Assembly (NCBI GenBank): GCA_002784945.1
Contig: PFMD01000024.1
Span: forward strand, 17,858 to 81,857
From: Candidatus Kerfeldbacteria bacterium CG_4_10_14_0_8_um_filter_42_10
Lineage (GTDB): Bacteria > Patescibacteriota > Patescibacteriia > UM-FILTER-42-10
DNA length: 64,000 nt
Direction: 5' to 3'
This document shows, piece after piece, positions 9,892 to 19,500 of this stretch. The notes under the pieces were generated by a model. The model was given only the letters and a program-made list of their open reading frames with translations, was not told the origin of the DNA and ran no database searches. The position numbers were made by a program, and so were the translations under genes. Every line of letters starts with the position of its first letter. Position 1 is the stretch's first letter.

Positions 9892-11250
9892 TTAGCTTAT
9901 GCGAATATAAGACCAGCCCCTAATAAATTCTCTAACGGTGGTCAGCTCTTTTTTATAAGGGTCTAAAACCTTAGCGTCAAGCAAACGGGAATCAATACTT
10001 TGAAGATTATTAGGAGGAATGCCAGGGTTGTCTTCAGTTCCCCCCGATAGTTTTTTAAGCTCTTTGACGATTTCCTCCCATTCCAGATTAGAAATTCCGG
10101 CAGGACGAATCATTAAAGAGGTGTGGTTGAGAAAATTGCCGTATTTCTCTCCGGTAATTGAAAGCATGGCCTCGTGTTTTTGTCCGGGGAGATCGGGATC
10201 ATCGCCCAAACTTAAATGTTGGGATAGATTGCGTTCTAACCATTGCATAGAATCGCCGCACCGGCCGTATTCATTGACATCGACAAAATCGGCGCTGTTC
10301 CCGTCAAAGCCGTGGTCCAAAACGGCCACCACGTGCTGCCACCAAAACTGAGGATGCCAGATTCTGGTCTCGGTTCTGATGTTTTTAATTTGGCCATTGA
10401 ACCATTCCTTCATCTTCTCGCCATCTAAAAGTTTGTCTATCTCTGATTCGGTATAGCGGTACCCCAATCTTTGGCGAATTTTTTCCACTTCTTCGCGGCG
10501 GTCAAACCTTTCTTTAGAGACCAGACTACCGGAAGCGGGATCAAAAGTATAAGTGGTTTCAATATTGCCCTCTACCGAGATAGTTTGGGTAAGAAGCCCA
10601 TTATCATCTTGGACGTCAATTTGGCAATTGCATTCTGGATAATCTCCTTCCGCTGTAATCACTTGGGCATTCTTTTTGCCGCGTAAAAACTTGCTACATT
10701 GATCTTGGCAAGTTAAACCAGTGGCTCCTAAAGTAGATAAGGAAGTATTAGCGTTACTTACCGAAGTGTTAATATTAACATTTTTATTCTGATTTCGGTT
10801 AGCATTACTGTTTAGGGATACATTTGTATTATTATTATTCTTTGGCGCATTTACATTAGAATTTTGTTGAGATTGCTCATTGGGACAAAGTTCATCAAGA
10901 TTGACACAAGCATAGACGCAACCCGGGCAAGCGTCATAATCCGCCGGACGATAACATTCCTTATTAGGATCGGATAAATCTTCAAATTCACTGCCTGAAG
11001 AACCGCAAACGCATTGGCTAGTATAAGACCAGTGAGCATTAGCAACATCATTGCAGTCTGATTGAACACATCCTACGCCGCTCATGGGCTGCCATTCATA
11101 GCCGCTTTGGCAATCTTCTGGCCCTCTGGCTTCGGATCTTACCGGTAGCAAAAGAAAAATTCCCAAAAAAATGCTTATTAATAAAATTCTTTTGTAAAAC
11201 ATAGACTCTATCTTATTGATTAGTAATTGATTACTTTTTCTTTGCTTCAT
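9892..11250 (-). CDS. Secreted Cys-rich protein with Asn/Ser low-complexity linker
   Basis: 452 aa; signal peptide, Cys-rich N-terminal module, NxN/NTS low-complexity tract, globular C-terminal domain. Confidence 0.5.
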   Translation of the reverse strand: MKQRKSNQLLINKIESMFYKRILLISIFLGIFLLLPVRSEARGPEDCQSGYEWQPMSGVGCVQSDCNDVANAHWSYTSQCVCGSSGSEFEDLSDPNKECYRPADYDACPGCVYACVNLDELCPNEQSQQNSNVNAPKNNNNTNVSLNSNANRNQNKNVNINTSVSNANTSLSTLGATGLTCQDQCSKFLRGKKNAQVITAEGDYPECNCQIDVQDDNGLLTQTISVEGNIETTYTFDPASGSLVSKERFDRREEVEKIRQRLGYRYTESEIDKLLDGEKMKEWFNGQIKNIRTETRIWHPQFWWQHVVAVLDHGFDGNSADFVDVNEYGRCGDSMQWLERNLSQHLSLGDDPDLPGQKHEAMLSITGEKYGNFLNHTSLMIRPAGISNLEWEEIVKELKKLSGGTEDNPGIPPNNLQSIDSRLLDAKVLDPYKKELTTVREFIRGWSYIRIS

Positions 11251-11515
11251 CCAAAGTCGCGGATTTCTTTTTTCTAAGATGTAATACTACAAAACAGGTG
11301 ACACAATAAACAACGGTTACTCCAGCCAGATACCAAGCCATTTTGGTCCAATCGGTGTAAAATCCCATTTCACCGTACTCCTCGCCGGTTATGGGATCAA
11401 TTTTATGATATTCCGTAATTGACCGGTTGTAAAAGCTAAGAAAAACCGTGGCAATAATTATTATCCATCCTGTGAAAATTAGGACAATTTTTTTCATATT
11501 AATTTCACCCTCCAA
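11231..11515 (-). CDS. Small membrane protein (2 TM)
   Basis: 94 aa, two hydrophobic helices; overlaps neighbouring genes by a few nt in operon-like fashion. Confidence 0.4.
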   Translation of the reverse strand: MEGEINMKKIVLIFTGWIIIIATVFLSFYNRSITEYHKIDPITGEEYGEMGFYTDWTKMAWYLAGVTVVYCVTCFVVLHLRKKKSATLDEAKKK

Positions 11516-12146
11516 AATCCTTTAATTCCATGCTAGGATCTTCTAACAGCTCAATCTGATCATCTTGCACCATAATCGCCTGCTGGTCCGTAAGCAATTT
11601 AGCCGGATATTTCGCCGCCTGTATTTTTGGCTGGATAATCTGCTCTTCTTCTCGCTTATAATGAGCCAAGATTAAAAAGGGAACCAGATTCATTGCGGTA
11701 AAATCGGTGACTCCGTGACGGTTAAACTTTTTGGGATTCCTCCAAGTGGCCGTCTCAATGGTCGGGCAGGCTACGTAAGCGCCGGCGCTGGAGCCGCAGT
11801 ATACTCCCCCTCTTTCCAGAAATTCTTTCAGCACTTGTTCAAACCCGCTCTCTCGAATACATTTAAGCAGAAAATAGGAATTGCCGCCCAGCATATTGAT
11901 AGCATCCTTGTCTTTCAAAATTTCCCGCAACTCATTGGGGTTTTTTCCTTCGATATCAATATCCTCAAAGTCCCATCCCAATTTCCGCATACGAGTGACA
12001 TGTTTTTGAATATAAGCCGTGTCAGGCACGCTTTTTCCGGCAGTGGTAATATAAGCCCATTTGATTTGATCGCGGGGCTTATCAAAAATTTCGTATTTCC
12101 CGTCAGTAATGTAGGTGCCGCGGGAAGCGAGAAGAAGTTTTTTCAT
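11505..12146 (-). CDS. Peptidase S51 family (dipeptidase E-like)
   Basis: 213 aa; GGNSYFLL and GSSAGA nucleophile-elbow motifs typical of PepE/cyanophycinase family. Confidence 0.7.
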   Translation of the reverse strand: MKKLLLASRGTYITDGKYEIFDKPRDQIKWAYITTAGKSVPDTAYIQKHVTRMRKLGWDFEDIDIEGKNPNELREILKDKDAINMLGGNSYFLLKCIRESGFEQVLKEFLERGGVYCGSSAGAYVACPTIETATWRNPKKFNRHGVTDFTAMNLVPFLILAHYKREEEQIIQPKIQAAKYPAKLLTDQQAIMVQDDQIELLEDPSMELKDFGG

Positions 12147-12176
12147 TGTTTATCGGAATTTATTTATTATCGTTTG

Positions 12177-12746
12177 TCATCTGATGTTTGCCTCCACCAG
12201 TTTTTCTATTTTTCTTAAAATATCCAGCACCTGGTCGCTTAGTAGTGCCGGAATAAACTTCTTCTTATCCTTTTTAGAAGGATTAAAGATTTTTTCCAGC
12301 GGCCAGAATTCCAAGCTGGTGGCTTTGCCTTTCTCAATCTTCAGATCATTTAATTCCCCGTTGTATTCAAAAGCATACACTACCCTAATTACATTATTGG
12401 TCATGTTAGTAACTTGATCATAACTTTTTTGGCGCATTTTAGTTATAAAAACCAAATCAGACGGGTTTGCCTTGATTCCGGTTTCCTCCTTAAGTTCCTT
12501 CACCGCCGTTTTAAGATAATCATCCCCTATTTCCACATGCCCGCCGGTGGAAGCATCCAGCAGACCAGGATAAGTATCTTTATCTCTTGCCCGCTTTTGC
12601 AAAAGAACCCCTTTTTTCCGATTGAAAACCCAAATATGAATTTCGCGATGAAGCAATCCATTTTGATGGATGTTTTCTCTGGTATCCTGACCAATCACCT
12701 GATCATTTTTATCAATAATATTCAGTTTTCGTTTTAATTCGGACAT
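12177..12746 (-). CDS. Nudix hydrolase
   Basis: 189 aa; Nudix box GGHVEIGDDYLKTAVKELKEETG. Confidence 0.8.
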   Translation of the reverse strand: MSELKRKLNIIDKNDQVIGQDTRENIHQNGLLHREIHIWVFNRKKGVLLQKRARDKDTYPGLLDASTGGHVEIGDDYLKTAVKELKEETGIKANPSDLVFITKMRQKSYDQVTNMTNNVIRVVYAFEYNGELNDLKIEKGKATSLEFWPLEKIFNPSKKDKKKFIPALLSDQVLDILRKIEKLVEANIR

Positions 12747-12839
12747 TCTAATTTTGAATTATGTATGTTTTGGAATGGCTGTAAACCTAAAGGTTTTTGC
12801 TACATCTTCTACATCCTACGATTTTCTACCTACTACCTA

Positions 12840-12875
12840 CAAGCTACAAGCTAAAAAGCTACAAGCTAATTCAAA
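12840..12875. repeat. A/T-rich AAGCTA repeat family member (CTACAAGCTACAAGCTAAAAAGCTACAAGCTAA)
   Basis: Shares AGCTAAAAAGCTA(A/C)(G/A)AGCTA core with 29186..29258 and 37425..37500. Confidence 0.5.
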
Positions 12876-15771
12876 CCGCCCGCTCTTCGCAAATCTCCCG
12901 AAAATCGCAAGCGGCGCATTTATAAACAGACGGCGTGGCGGTAAAATCGCCTGTCCTGATTTCTTCAATGTTTTTCTTGATTTTAACCTTTAGCTTTCCG
13001 ACATCCTCCTCATTGGCGGTAAAGGAATATTTTTCGTTGCCGTCGATATAGTAAAAGCTTAACAGCGCCGCTTCTTTTTTAAACACCTCTTTCATGGCCA
13101 AATAGTAAATTAACAGCTGATTATGGTCGATTTGTGATTTCACTTTTGGTTTTTTGCCCGTTTTGTAATCAATAATCTCTACCGTTTCTTGGCCCATTCG
13201 ATCCACACGGTCAATGAATCCGCGCACGGAGTATTCTCCCACTTTTATATTAAACCCTTTTTCCAGGAATTCCGGCGGCCGGAAATTTTTATGATTCTTT
13301 TCGTAAAATTCCTCCAGCATTATTTGGCCCGCTTTTTTCCTTTCCTGCTCGTGCTGTTTGGTATCATACCAATCGTCAATCCAATTGTCTTCGTACAGTT
13401 TGAGCAAATCGGCTTTCGCTGGTTTTTCCCCTTGCTGAATTAAAGTGTAAAAAGCGCGCAGGGTATTATGAACGGATGAACCAAAGCTGTAGGTGTGCCT
13501 GCCGGCCAATACCGGTATTTTCCAAATAAACATGTATTTGTATTGCTTAGGGCAGGTTTCAAAAGCTTTGAACTGGGAAAAACTGAATCTTTCCGGCAAA
13601 GGATATTGGATTTTTTCTTTCTTAGCGGATTTTTTCTGGACAATGTCGAATCCTAAATTCAACTGTTCTACTGGTTTTTCTTTCTCTTCTTTCTTTACTT
13701 TTATTTCGTACAGGAATCGGGAGGGTTTCTTTTTGGTTTTGCCGCCCACATCCAAGGCGGAGGTGAAATAGAGCCCCTCTTTGGCCCGAGTGCAGGCCAC
13801 ATAGAATAATCTTCTTTCTTCTTGCAAATGGACATCTCCTTCAGGCAGGATTTCTTTAATCAAACTATTAGGAACTTCTATTTGCTCTTTTCGTTCAATG
13901 CTGGGAAAGCGCTTATCCACCATATTGGCAATAAATACCTGGGAAAATTCCAACCCCTTGGCGCCGTGAACCGTCATAATCTTCACGCTCTCCGGGCCTT
14001 CTTCTGCTTGGGCCGGGGCCGGATCTTCCCCGATATCAATAATTAACCCCAGCTCGGCCATAAAGTTTTTAACCGTCGGCTCGCTGTGGCTTTTTTCGAA
14101 TTCCTGGATTTTTCTAAAAAACTTGCTGATATTTTGGATTTTCTTGTGGTAATCAGGATCATCCTTGCTGCTCAGTTTTTTCAGATAACCGATCGACTTC
14201 AAAAATTCATAAGCCACTTGCCCCACCGATTTTTCTTTGGCCATTTGGGTCTGCTTTTTGATTAAATCCAAAATAAAGCGGATAACTTCTTTGGTTTTAG
14301 GCTGAATATAGTAAACTTGGTCGATTTGTTCCAATGTCTCGTAGATTGAACAACGTTTACGGTTAGTAAAGTTTAAAATACGAATCAAATCGCGCATATC
14401 AATGTTAAAAGCATCCATCGATAATACCCGAAACAGGCTCGGGCTCTCATGGTAGTTGTCGAGCATCCTGAGCCAGGCAATAACGTCTAGAATCTCCGGC
14501 TGTTGGTAAAGCCCTCGAGCCGCCACGTACTGATAAGGCACTTCTTGATTGATAAACGTTTTTACGAAAATGTCCGCCTGGTTGTTGGCTCGCACTAAAA
14601 TAGCGAAGTCATTCCAGGTCAGTTTCGGATTCTGCCTTTTCAACTTCAGAATTTCCCGCAGAACATCCAGCACTTCATCTTCTTCGGTTTCTGATTCAAT
14701 GTGCTTGATCACCGCTTCGCCTTTTTGCCAGGCTAAAAGCTTTTTGCTGACTCTTTTTATTTTAGGAGCCTTGGCGCCGGTCTTCTTGAGCTGATATTCT
14801 AATCGATTGGGATTGTTTAGTTGGATAAACTGATAGGCTAAATCCAGAATATTCTGCCGAGAGCGGTAGTTTTTAACCAGAATCACCTCCTTGGATTTGG
14901 GAAAATCCTTTTTGAACTCCAAAATATTGCTCATGGAGGCGCCCCGAAAGCGGTAAATGGCCTGATCGTCATCTCCCACCACGGTGAGATTATTTTTAGG
15001 ATAAGCCAAAAGTTTCAGCAATTCGTACTGGGCATGGTTAGTATCTTGGAATTCATCCACCAGAATATATTTGAACTGTTTTCTGAATTTTTCCAAAACC
15101 GTTTTTCTTTTTTGAAACAACTCCAAGGTACGAATAATTAAATCGCCGAAATCAAAGTAGCCGTTTTGATTCAGAAGATCTTGGTATTTTTTATAAGCTT
15201 TAGCGGCTTCTAAAGTCTTTTCGGCCTCTTCTTGTTGATCAGGCTTTAGATTTTTTTTCTTGGTTAAAGATTGGGCGTACTTTAAGTATTCTTCCGGTGA
15301 AATGTTTTCATCCTTTACGCGGGAAAAATGCTGGATCAAGGCTTGGATAAAGCGGGTGGGATTGCCGAGCGGCTTATAATAATTTAATTCAAACTGGTCG
15401 AGATTTTGCTGGATCAAAAGCCATTGTTCCGCCCGAGACAGAATTTGGAATCCGGAATCAAGGCCGATTTCTAAAGCGTAATCCCTTAGAATCCGCTCGC
15501 CAAAGGAATGGAAAGTAGAAACCCATAAATCCACGTAGCCGTAAGGCAATAATTGATCAACTCTTTCTTCCATTTCGCCAGCCGCTTTTTCGGTAAAGGT
15601 AAGGGCCAGGATTTCATCGGGATTCGCTTTTTTCTGCTCAATCAGCCAAGCCAGCCTTTGAGTAATCACGGTAGTCTTTCCCGTACCGGCACCGGCCACA
15701 ATTAAAAGCGGCCCTTCACCATGAGTAACCGCTTTTTTTTGCTCTAGATTAAGCGTTTTGAGGAATTCCAT
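12871..15771 (-). CDS. UvrD/PcrA-family helicase fused to C-terminal PD-(D/E)XK (Cas4/AddB-like) nuclease domain
   Basis: 966 aa; Walker A GAGTGKTT, UvrD helicase motifs (TFH, VDEFQDTN, YRFRGA), C-terminal CPKQYKY...IDYKTGK...CAACDFREIC nuclease/Fe-S cysteine pattern. Confidence 0.85.
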   Translation of the reverse strand: MEFLKTLNLEQKKAVTHGEGPLLIVAGAGTGKTTVITQRLAWLIEQKKANPDEILALTFTEKAAGEMEERVDQLLPYGYVDLWVSTFHSFGERILRDYALEIGLDSGFQILSRAEQWLLIQQNLDQFELNYYKPLGNPTRFIQALIQHFSRVKDENISPEEYLKYAQSLTKKKNLKPDQQEEAEKTLEAAKAYKKYQDLLNQNGYFDFGDLIIRTLELFQKRKTVLEKFRKQFKYILVDEFQDTNHAQYELLKLLAYPKNNLTVVGDDDQAIYRFRGASMSNILEFKKDFPKSKEVILVKNYRSRQNILDLAYQFIQLNNPNRLEYQLKKTGAKAPKIKRVSKKLLAWQKGEAVIKHIESETEEDEVLDVLREILKLKRQNPKLTWNDFAILVRANNQADIFVKTFINQEVPYQYVAARGLYQQPEILDVIAWLRMLDNYHESPSLFRVLSMDAFNIDMRDLIRILNFTNRKRCSIYETLEQIDQVYYIQPKTKEVIRFILDLIKKQTQMAKEKSVGQVAYEFLKSIGYLKKLSSKDDPDYHKKIQNISKFFRKIQEFEKSHSEPTVKNFMAELGLIIDIGEDPAPAQAEEGPESVKIMTVHGAKGLEFSQVFIANMVDKRFPSIERKEQIEVPNSLIKEILPEGDVHLQEERRLFYVACTRAKEGLYFTSALDVGGKTKKKPSRFLYEIKVKKEEKEKPVEQLNLGFDIVQKKSAKKEKIQYPLPERFSFSQFKAFETCPKQYKYMFIWKIPVLAGRHTYSFGSSVHNTLRAFYTLIQQGEKPAKADLLKLYEDNWIDDWYDTKQHEQERKKAGQIMLEEFYEKNHKNFRPPEFLEKGFNIKVGEYSVRGFIDRVDRMGQETVEIIDYKTGKKPKVKSQIDHNQLLIYYLAMKEVFKKEAALLSFYYIDGNEKYSFTANEEDVGKLKVKIKKNIEEIRTGDFTATPSVYKCAACDFREICEERAV

Positions 15772-15858
15772 GAGGTAATTTTAGCACAAAAAGTTCAATG
15801 ATAAAAAGAAATGAAAAAGCAGTCTCGTTTCAAGACTGCTCTGGAAAGTACGGCTGAA

Positions 15859-16464
15859 TCATCGGTTCCGGTCAAACCATCGCTTGATCAGAAGTCCTGC
15901 CTTCTTCTTGACTACGTAGAGTTTTACCTTCTTCTTCAAAATACCTTTCTCTCCAGGCGTCCAATCCATCAAAAATACCGGCAAGACCACGTCTTCTGAC
16001 ACTTCCAAGTGAGCGGTTACTACTTCGTCTGCACGCATAGTAGCCAGAAGCATATCAGAAAGAGAAACTTCCAGCTTGTGCGCTTTGCCGCAATGAATTC
16101 CGTGCGCGATCATCAGAACCGTAGTGCCCTTTTTGAGTTGATGGAATGCCTCTGTCAAATCCCATTTCAACACGACCTGAGCAGCATGAAGGTATTCTTT
16201 GGTCGCAGCGTCAAAACCGCTGTTAGGATCAAGACCCAGAAGAAAACCGCCCCCATTGAGCTTTAGTAAATGTTGCCGCGGATTCACCTCTTTCAGCTTC
16301 ATTTCTAGAAGCAGGGAATAATCGCCATCAGCGCACATGCAGCCGATAATTCCGCCTCGGGCCAGTTCGCGGATTCGCTCATGTTTCATCAGCTGCAATC
16401 CGCCTTCCCGAATGAGCCAATTGACAAACTCCAGTGAATCTTGGATTTCTTGTGATTCAGTCAC
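15859..16464 (-). CDS. Hypothetical protein (no recognisable family)
   Basis: 201 aa; conserved-looking Cys/His patches (GCMCADGD, IAHGIHCGKAH); locally GC-richer than neighbours. Confidence 0.4.
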   Translation of the reverse strand: MTESQEIQDSLEFVNWLIREGGLQLMKHERIRELARGGIIGCMCADGDYSLLLEMKLKEVNPRQHLLKLNGGGFLLGLDPNSGFDAATKEYLHAAQVVLKWDLTEAFHQLKKGTTVLMIAHGIHCGKAHKLEVSLSDMLLATMRADEVVTAHLEVSEDVVLPVFLMDWTPGEKGILKKKVKLYVVKKKAGLLIKRWFDRNR

Positions 16465-16598
16465 AGATTCCCCCTCTGGTTAAGGTTAAAGAACAATGCA
16501 TTTTACCCATCCTAGACCAAAGTTGATTTTAAATCAAGATTGAAAAAACCGGGCTTTTGGAGCCCGGCTTTTCGCGAGGAGGATTGTACTTAGTATTA

Positions 16599-19500
16599 TT
16601 AATTTATGAATTTAGTAAGTACTCCTCCTCTGAACGTTTCATCATAAGCCATGAACCAGTTGCTTACGACAAGCTCGTCATTTTCCACGTTGATTATTCT
16701 GACATTCGGGCCGCCGCCACTTAACGGAGTAACGACCAAGGATGATGTTCCGTCACCATTCAGATCCGCTACTCGAACCGTCATTTCACCGCGGAAATCA
16801 GCGGCATAGGCATAGGTCCAATCAAGGAGGGTCAGCTGGCCTGCGGCATCGTATTCGTAAATCCGCAGATTCGGGCCGCCGTTCTGCAGCGGATAAACCA
16901 CCACCTCCCGATAGGCATCACCGTCTAAATTGGATACTTCTAATCCGACTCCTCCCCTGAAATCATCGGCAAATACCATGGCCCAATCTTTCAGGTCAAA
17001 ATCTTCCGTAGCAGAGTTGTAACTGTAAACTCTTAGGTTAGGACCGCCGTTGGTAGCCGGAGCAACGATTATTTCCGCCTGATCGTCTTTATCTAAATCA
17101 AATACCTTTACTTCCATCAAACCGCGGTAATCATCACTGAAAGGCTGAATCCAATTAATCAGTTCAAAGGCTCCGGTTTCGGAATTATAGCTATAAGCCC
17201 TGATGTTTGCTCCGCCGGCTTCTTCTGGGTAAGTGATAATATCTTTCTGGCCGTCCCCATTAACATCACCAGTAGCAACTAAAACTCCTCCTTGGAATTC
17301 CTCTTGATAAGCCATAAACCAATCGTCCAGTTCTAAAGTACCGTGTATCGAATCATAGTGGAATACTCTGATATTAGGGCCTCCGTCAAGCGGTGAAGTA
17401 ATAACATCCACATTTCCATCACCAGTAACGTCAGCGGTGGCCACGGCAATCTCGCCTTGATATTCCTCTTGATAAGCCATAGTCCAGGCTAACAAATCAA
17501 TCGTACCGGTTTGGGAGTTGTACTTATAAGCGCGCAAGTTCGGGCCGCCGTTTCCTCGCGGCACCACTACCATGTCCTGTTTTCCATCACCGTCCAGATC
17601 AACATTGTTCACCACTTCAATCCCACCGCGGTATCCTTCGTTTAAGACCAGTTCTTGGGCCAGCAAAGTTCCGTCTTTAGCAAAGATTCTTATTTGCGGA
17701 CCGTATCCTTCGCCGTATGGCCAGGCAATAATCTCCATTTCATCATCACCGTTAACGTCGGCGGTCAGAATTCTGAATTCGCCGCGATAGGCTTCAGAGA
17801 AAGCAAAGAACTGGCTTTGTAATTCTCCTTCGGAGTTGAACACCCGAATATGGGGTGAGGAATTTTCGTTGGTAGTGACCGCAATGTCGTATGCAATGCC
17901 GGTTACGGAATCAAGCGGGGTTTCCCCTTCCGGCGAATAAATTATCGTTCGGCTGACCGTATCGGCAGTAAGCAAACCTTTCACGGCGCCTACCAGGATA
18001 GTGTTTTCTCCTTCTAACAGCCCGGCAACATTTTTAGAGAAGCTGCCGGAAGAATCCACCGTAACTTCACCGCTACTTACCCCGTTCAGCCTGACAGTCA
18101 CGATAGCGGCATTATCACTGACCGTACCGGATACCAACACCGAATCAGTAGAAACTGCCGTTCCCTCAGTTGGCGCGGTAACGCCCAACTCTAAATTTTC
18201 TGCATCCGCTGCTCTACCAGGAGTGATGGTACTGAAGGTACTGAAATGATCGGTTTGAATGTTAATTACGTTGTTGTCTTCGTCCACAATCACGCTGGCC
18301 GCACCTTCCCAAATGCCAGAAGTGCTATCAAAATATTCACCGCTCAAATCGCTTTCTAATAATCCCAGGTCTTGAAGCGCTTCTTCAGAATAAGGAATGG
18401 TCAGCGTTACGTTAGAATTAAAGCTTTGAATGGTCGAGCCGTCGTCGCCGCGGACCGTTATTTCATAACCGTACCCCTGCAAAGGCTGGGCGCCGGCCTG
18501 ATAAGCCATTTTAGCGGTAGGTTTAACCGTCAACGTTACGTTACCCTCGGTAGCGAAGGCCCGGGCCGGAGCCTGAATGGCAAAGCCGTCTTCTAATTCT
18601 AAACTGAACGATTGAGTGGAATCAAAGGTAGAGTTGGTTGATTCCGGCATTTCCCCTTGATATTCCAGTTCCAGATCTTGAGTTTTAGTGGCGGCATCAA
18701 CTACCACATCTTTCTGTTCACTAATATAGTAGGAAGTGCCGCTTTCATGAACTGCGCCAATCCGCCAGGTTTCACCTCTAGTCACGGCAATAGTGTAATC
18801 GCCATCGCTGGTAGTTGCTTCGGAATATCCGCCATTGCTGGTGTAAGCATAAATAAATGCTTGATTGTTTTCTGCTTCCAGTGTTACTTGACCGGTAATT
18901 TGAGCGTCGGCCGAGGCAAAAATTACTTCTATATTTTCCGCCGGATCATTGGGGCTGGTATAAACTAACTGCGCTCCGGTAAAGATGTAGCCTAAAGATG
19001 GTGGTAAAGAAGCATGCAGATAATACTCGCCTTCCGGAGCCATTAAGGAAAATACCCCGTTAGCATCCGAGACTGCTTCTAAGGAATCAAATCCGTAGCT
19101 GCTGTAATTATCGTCTCTTTGTTGACCAGCATAGTCCAAAGAAGCATAAACGTGAGCGCCTTCAATTTCATTTCCTTCTTCATCATGAACTACGCCGGAA
19201 ATCGCTGAATCAGCGGCCAGAACGGTAAAATCAAGCGTGATTGTTTCATCTTCTTCTACTGTAACTTTCTTTGATTCCAGGCTAGAGGGCAGATACCCCG
19301 CCCCCGACCAAGGATCAAGCCAATAATCTAAATTCCAGGTGCCCGCGGCAACTTTCAGGGAATAGGTACCATCAGGATTTATCTGACTAAAGGTATTGCC
19401 GCCTTCCGCGCGATCTCCGAAAATTTCTCCCCATAAGCCATAGACGGTGTTACCGTCGGCATCTTTGAATTTGCCCTGAATTTTGGAATTCGTGGGAATC

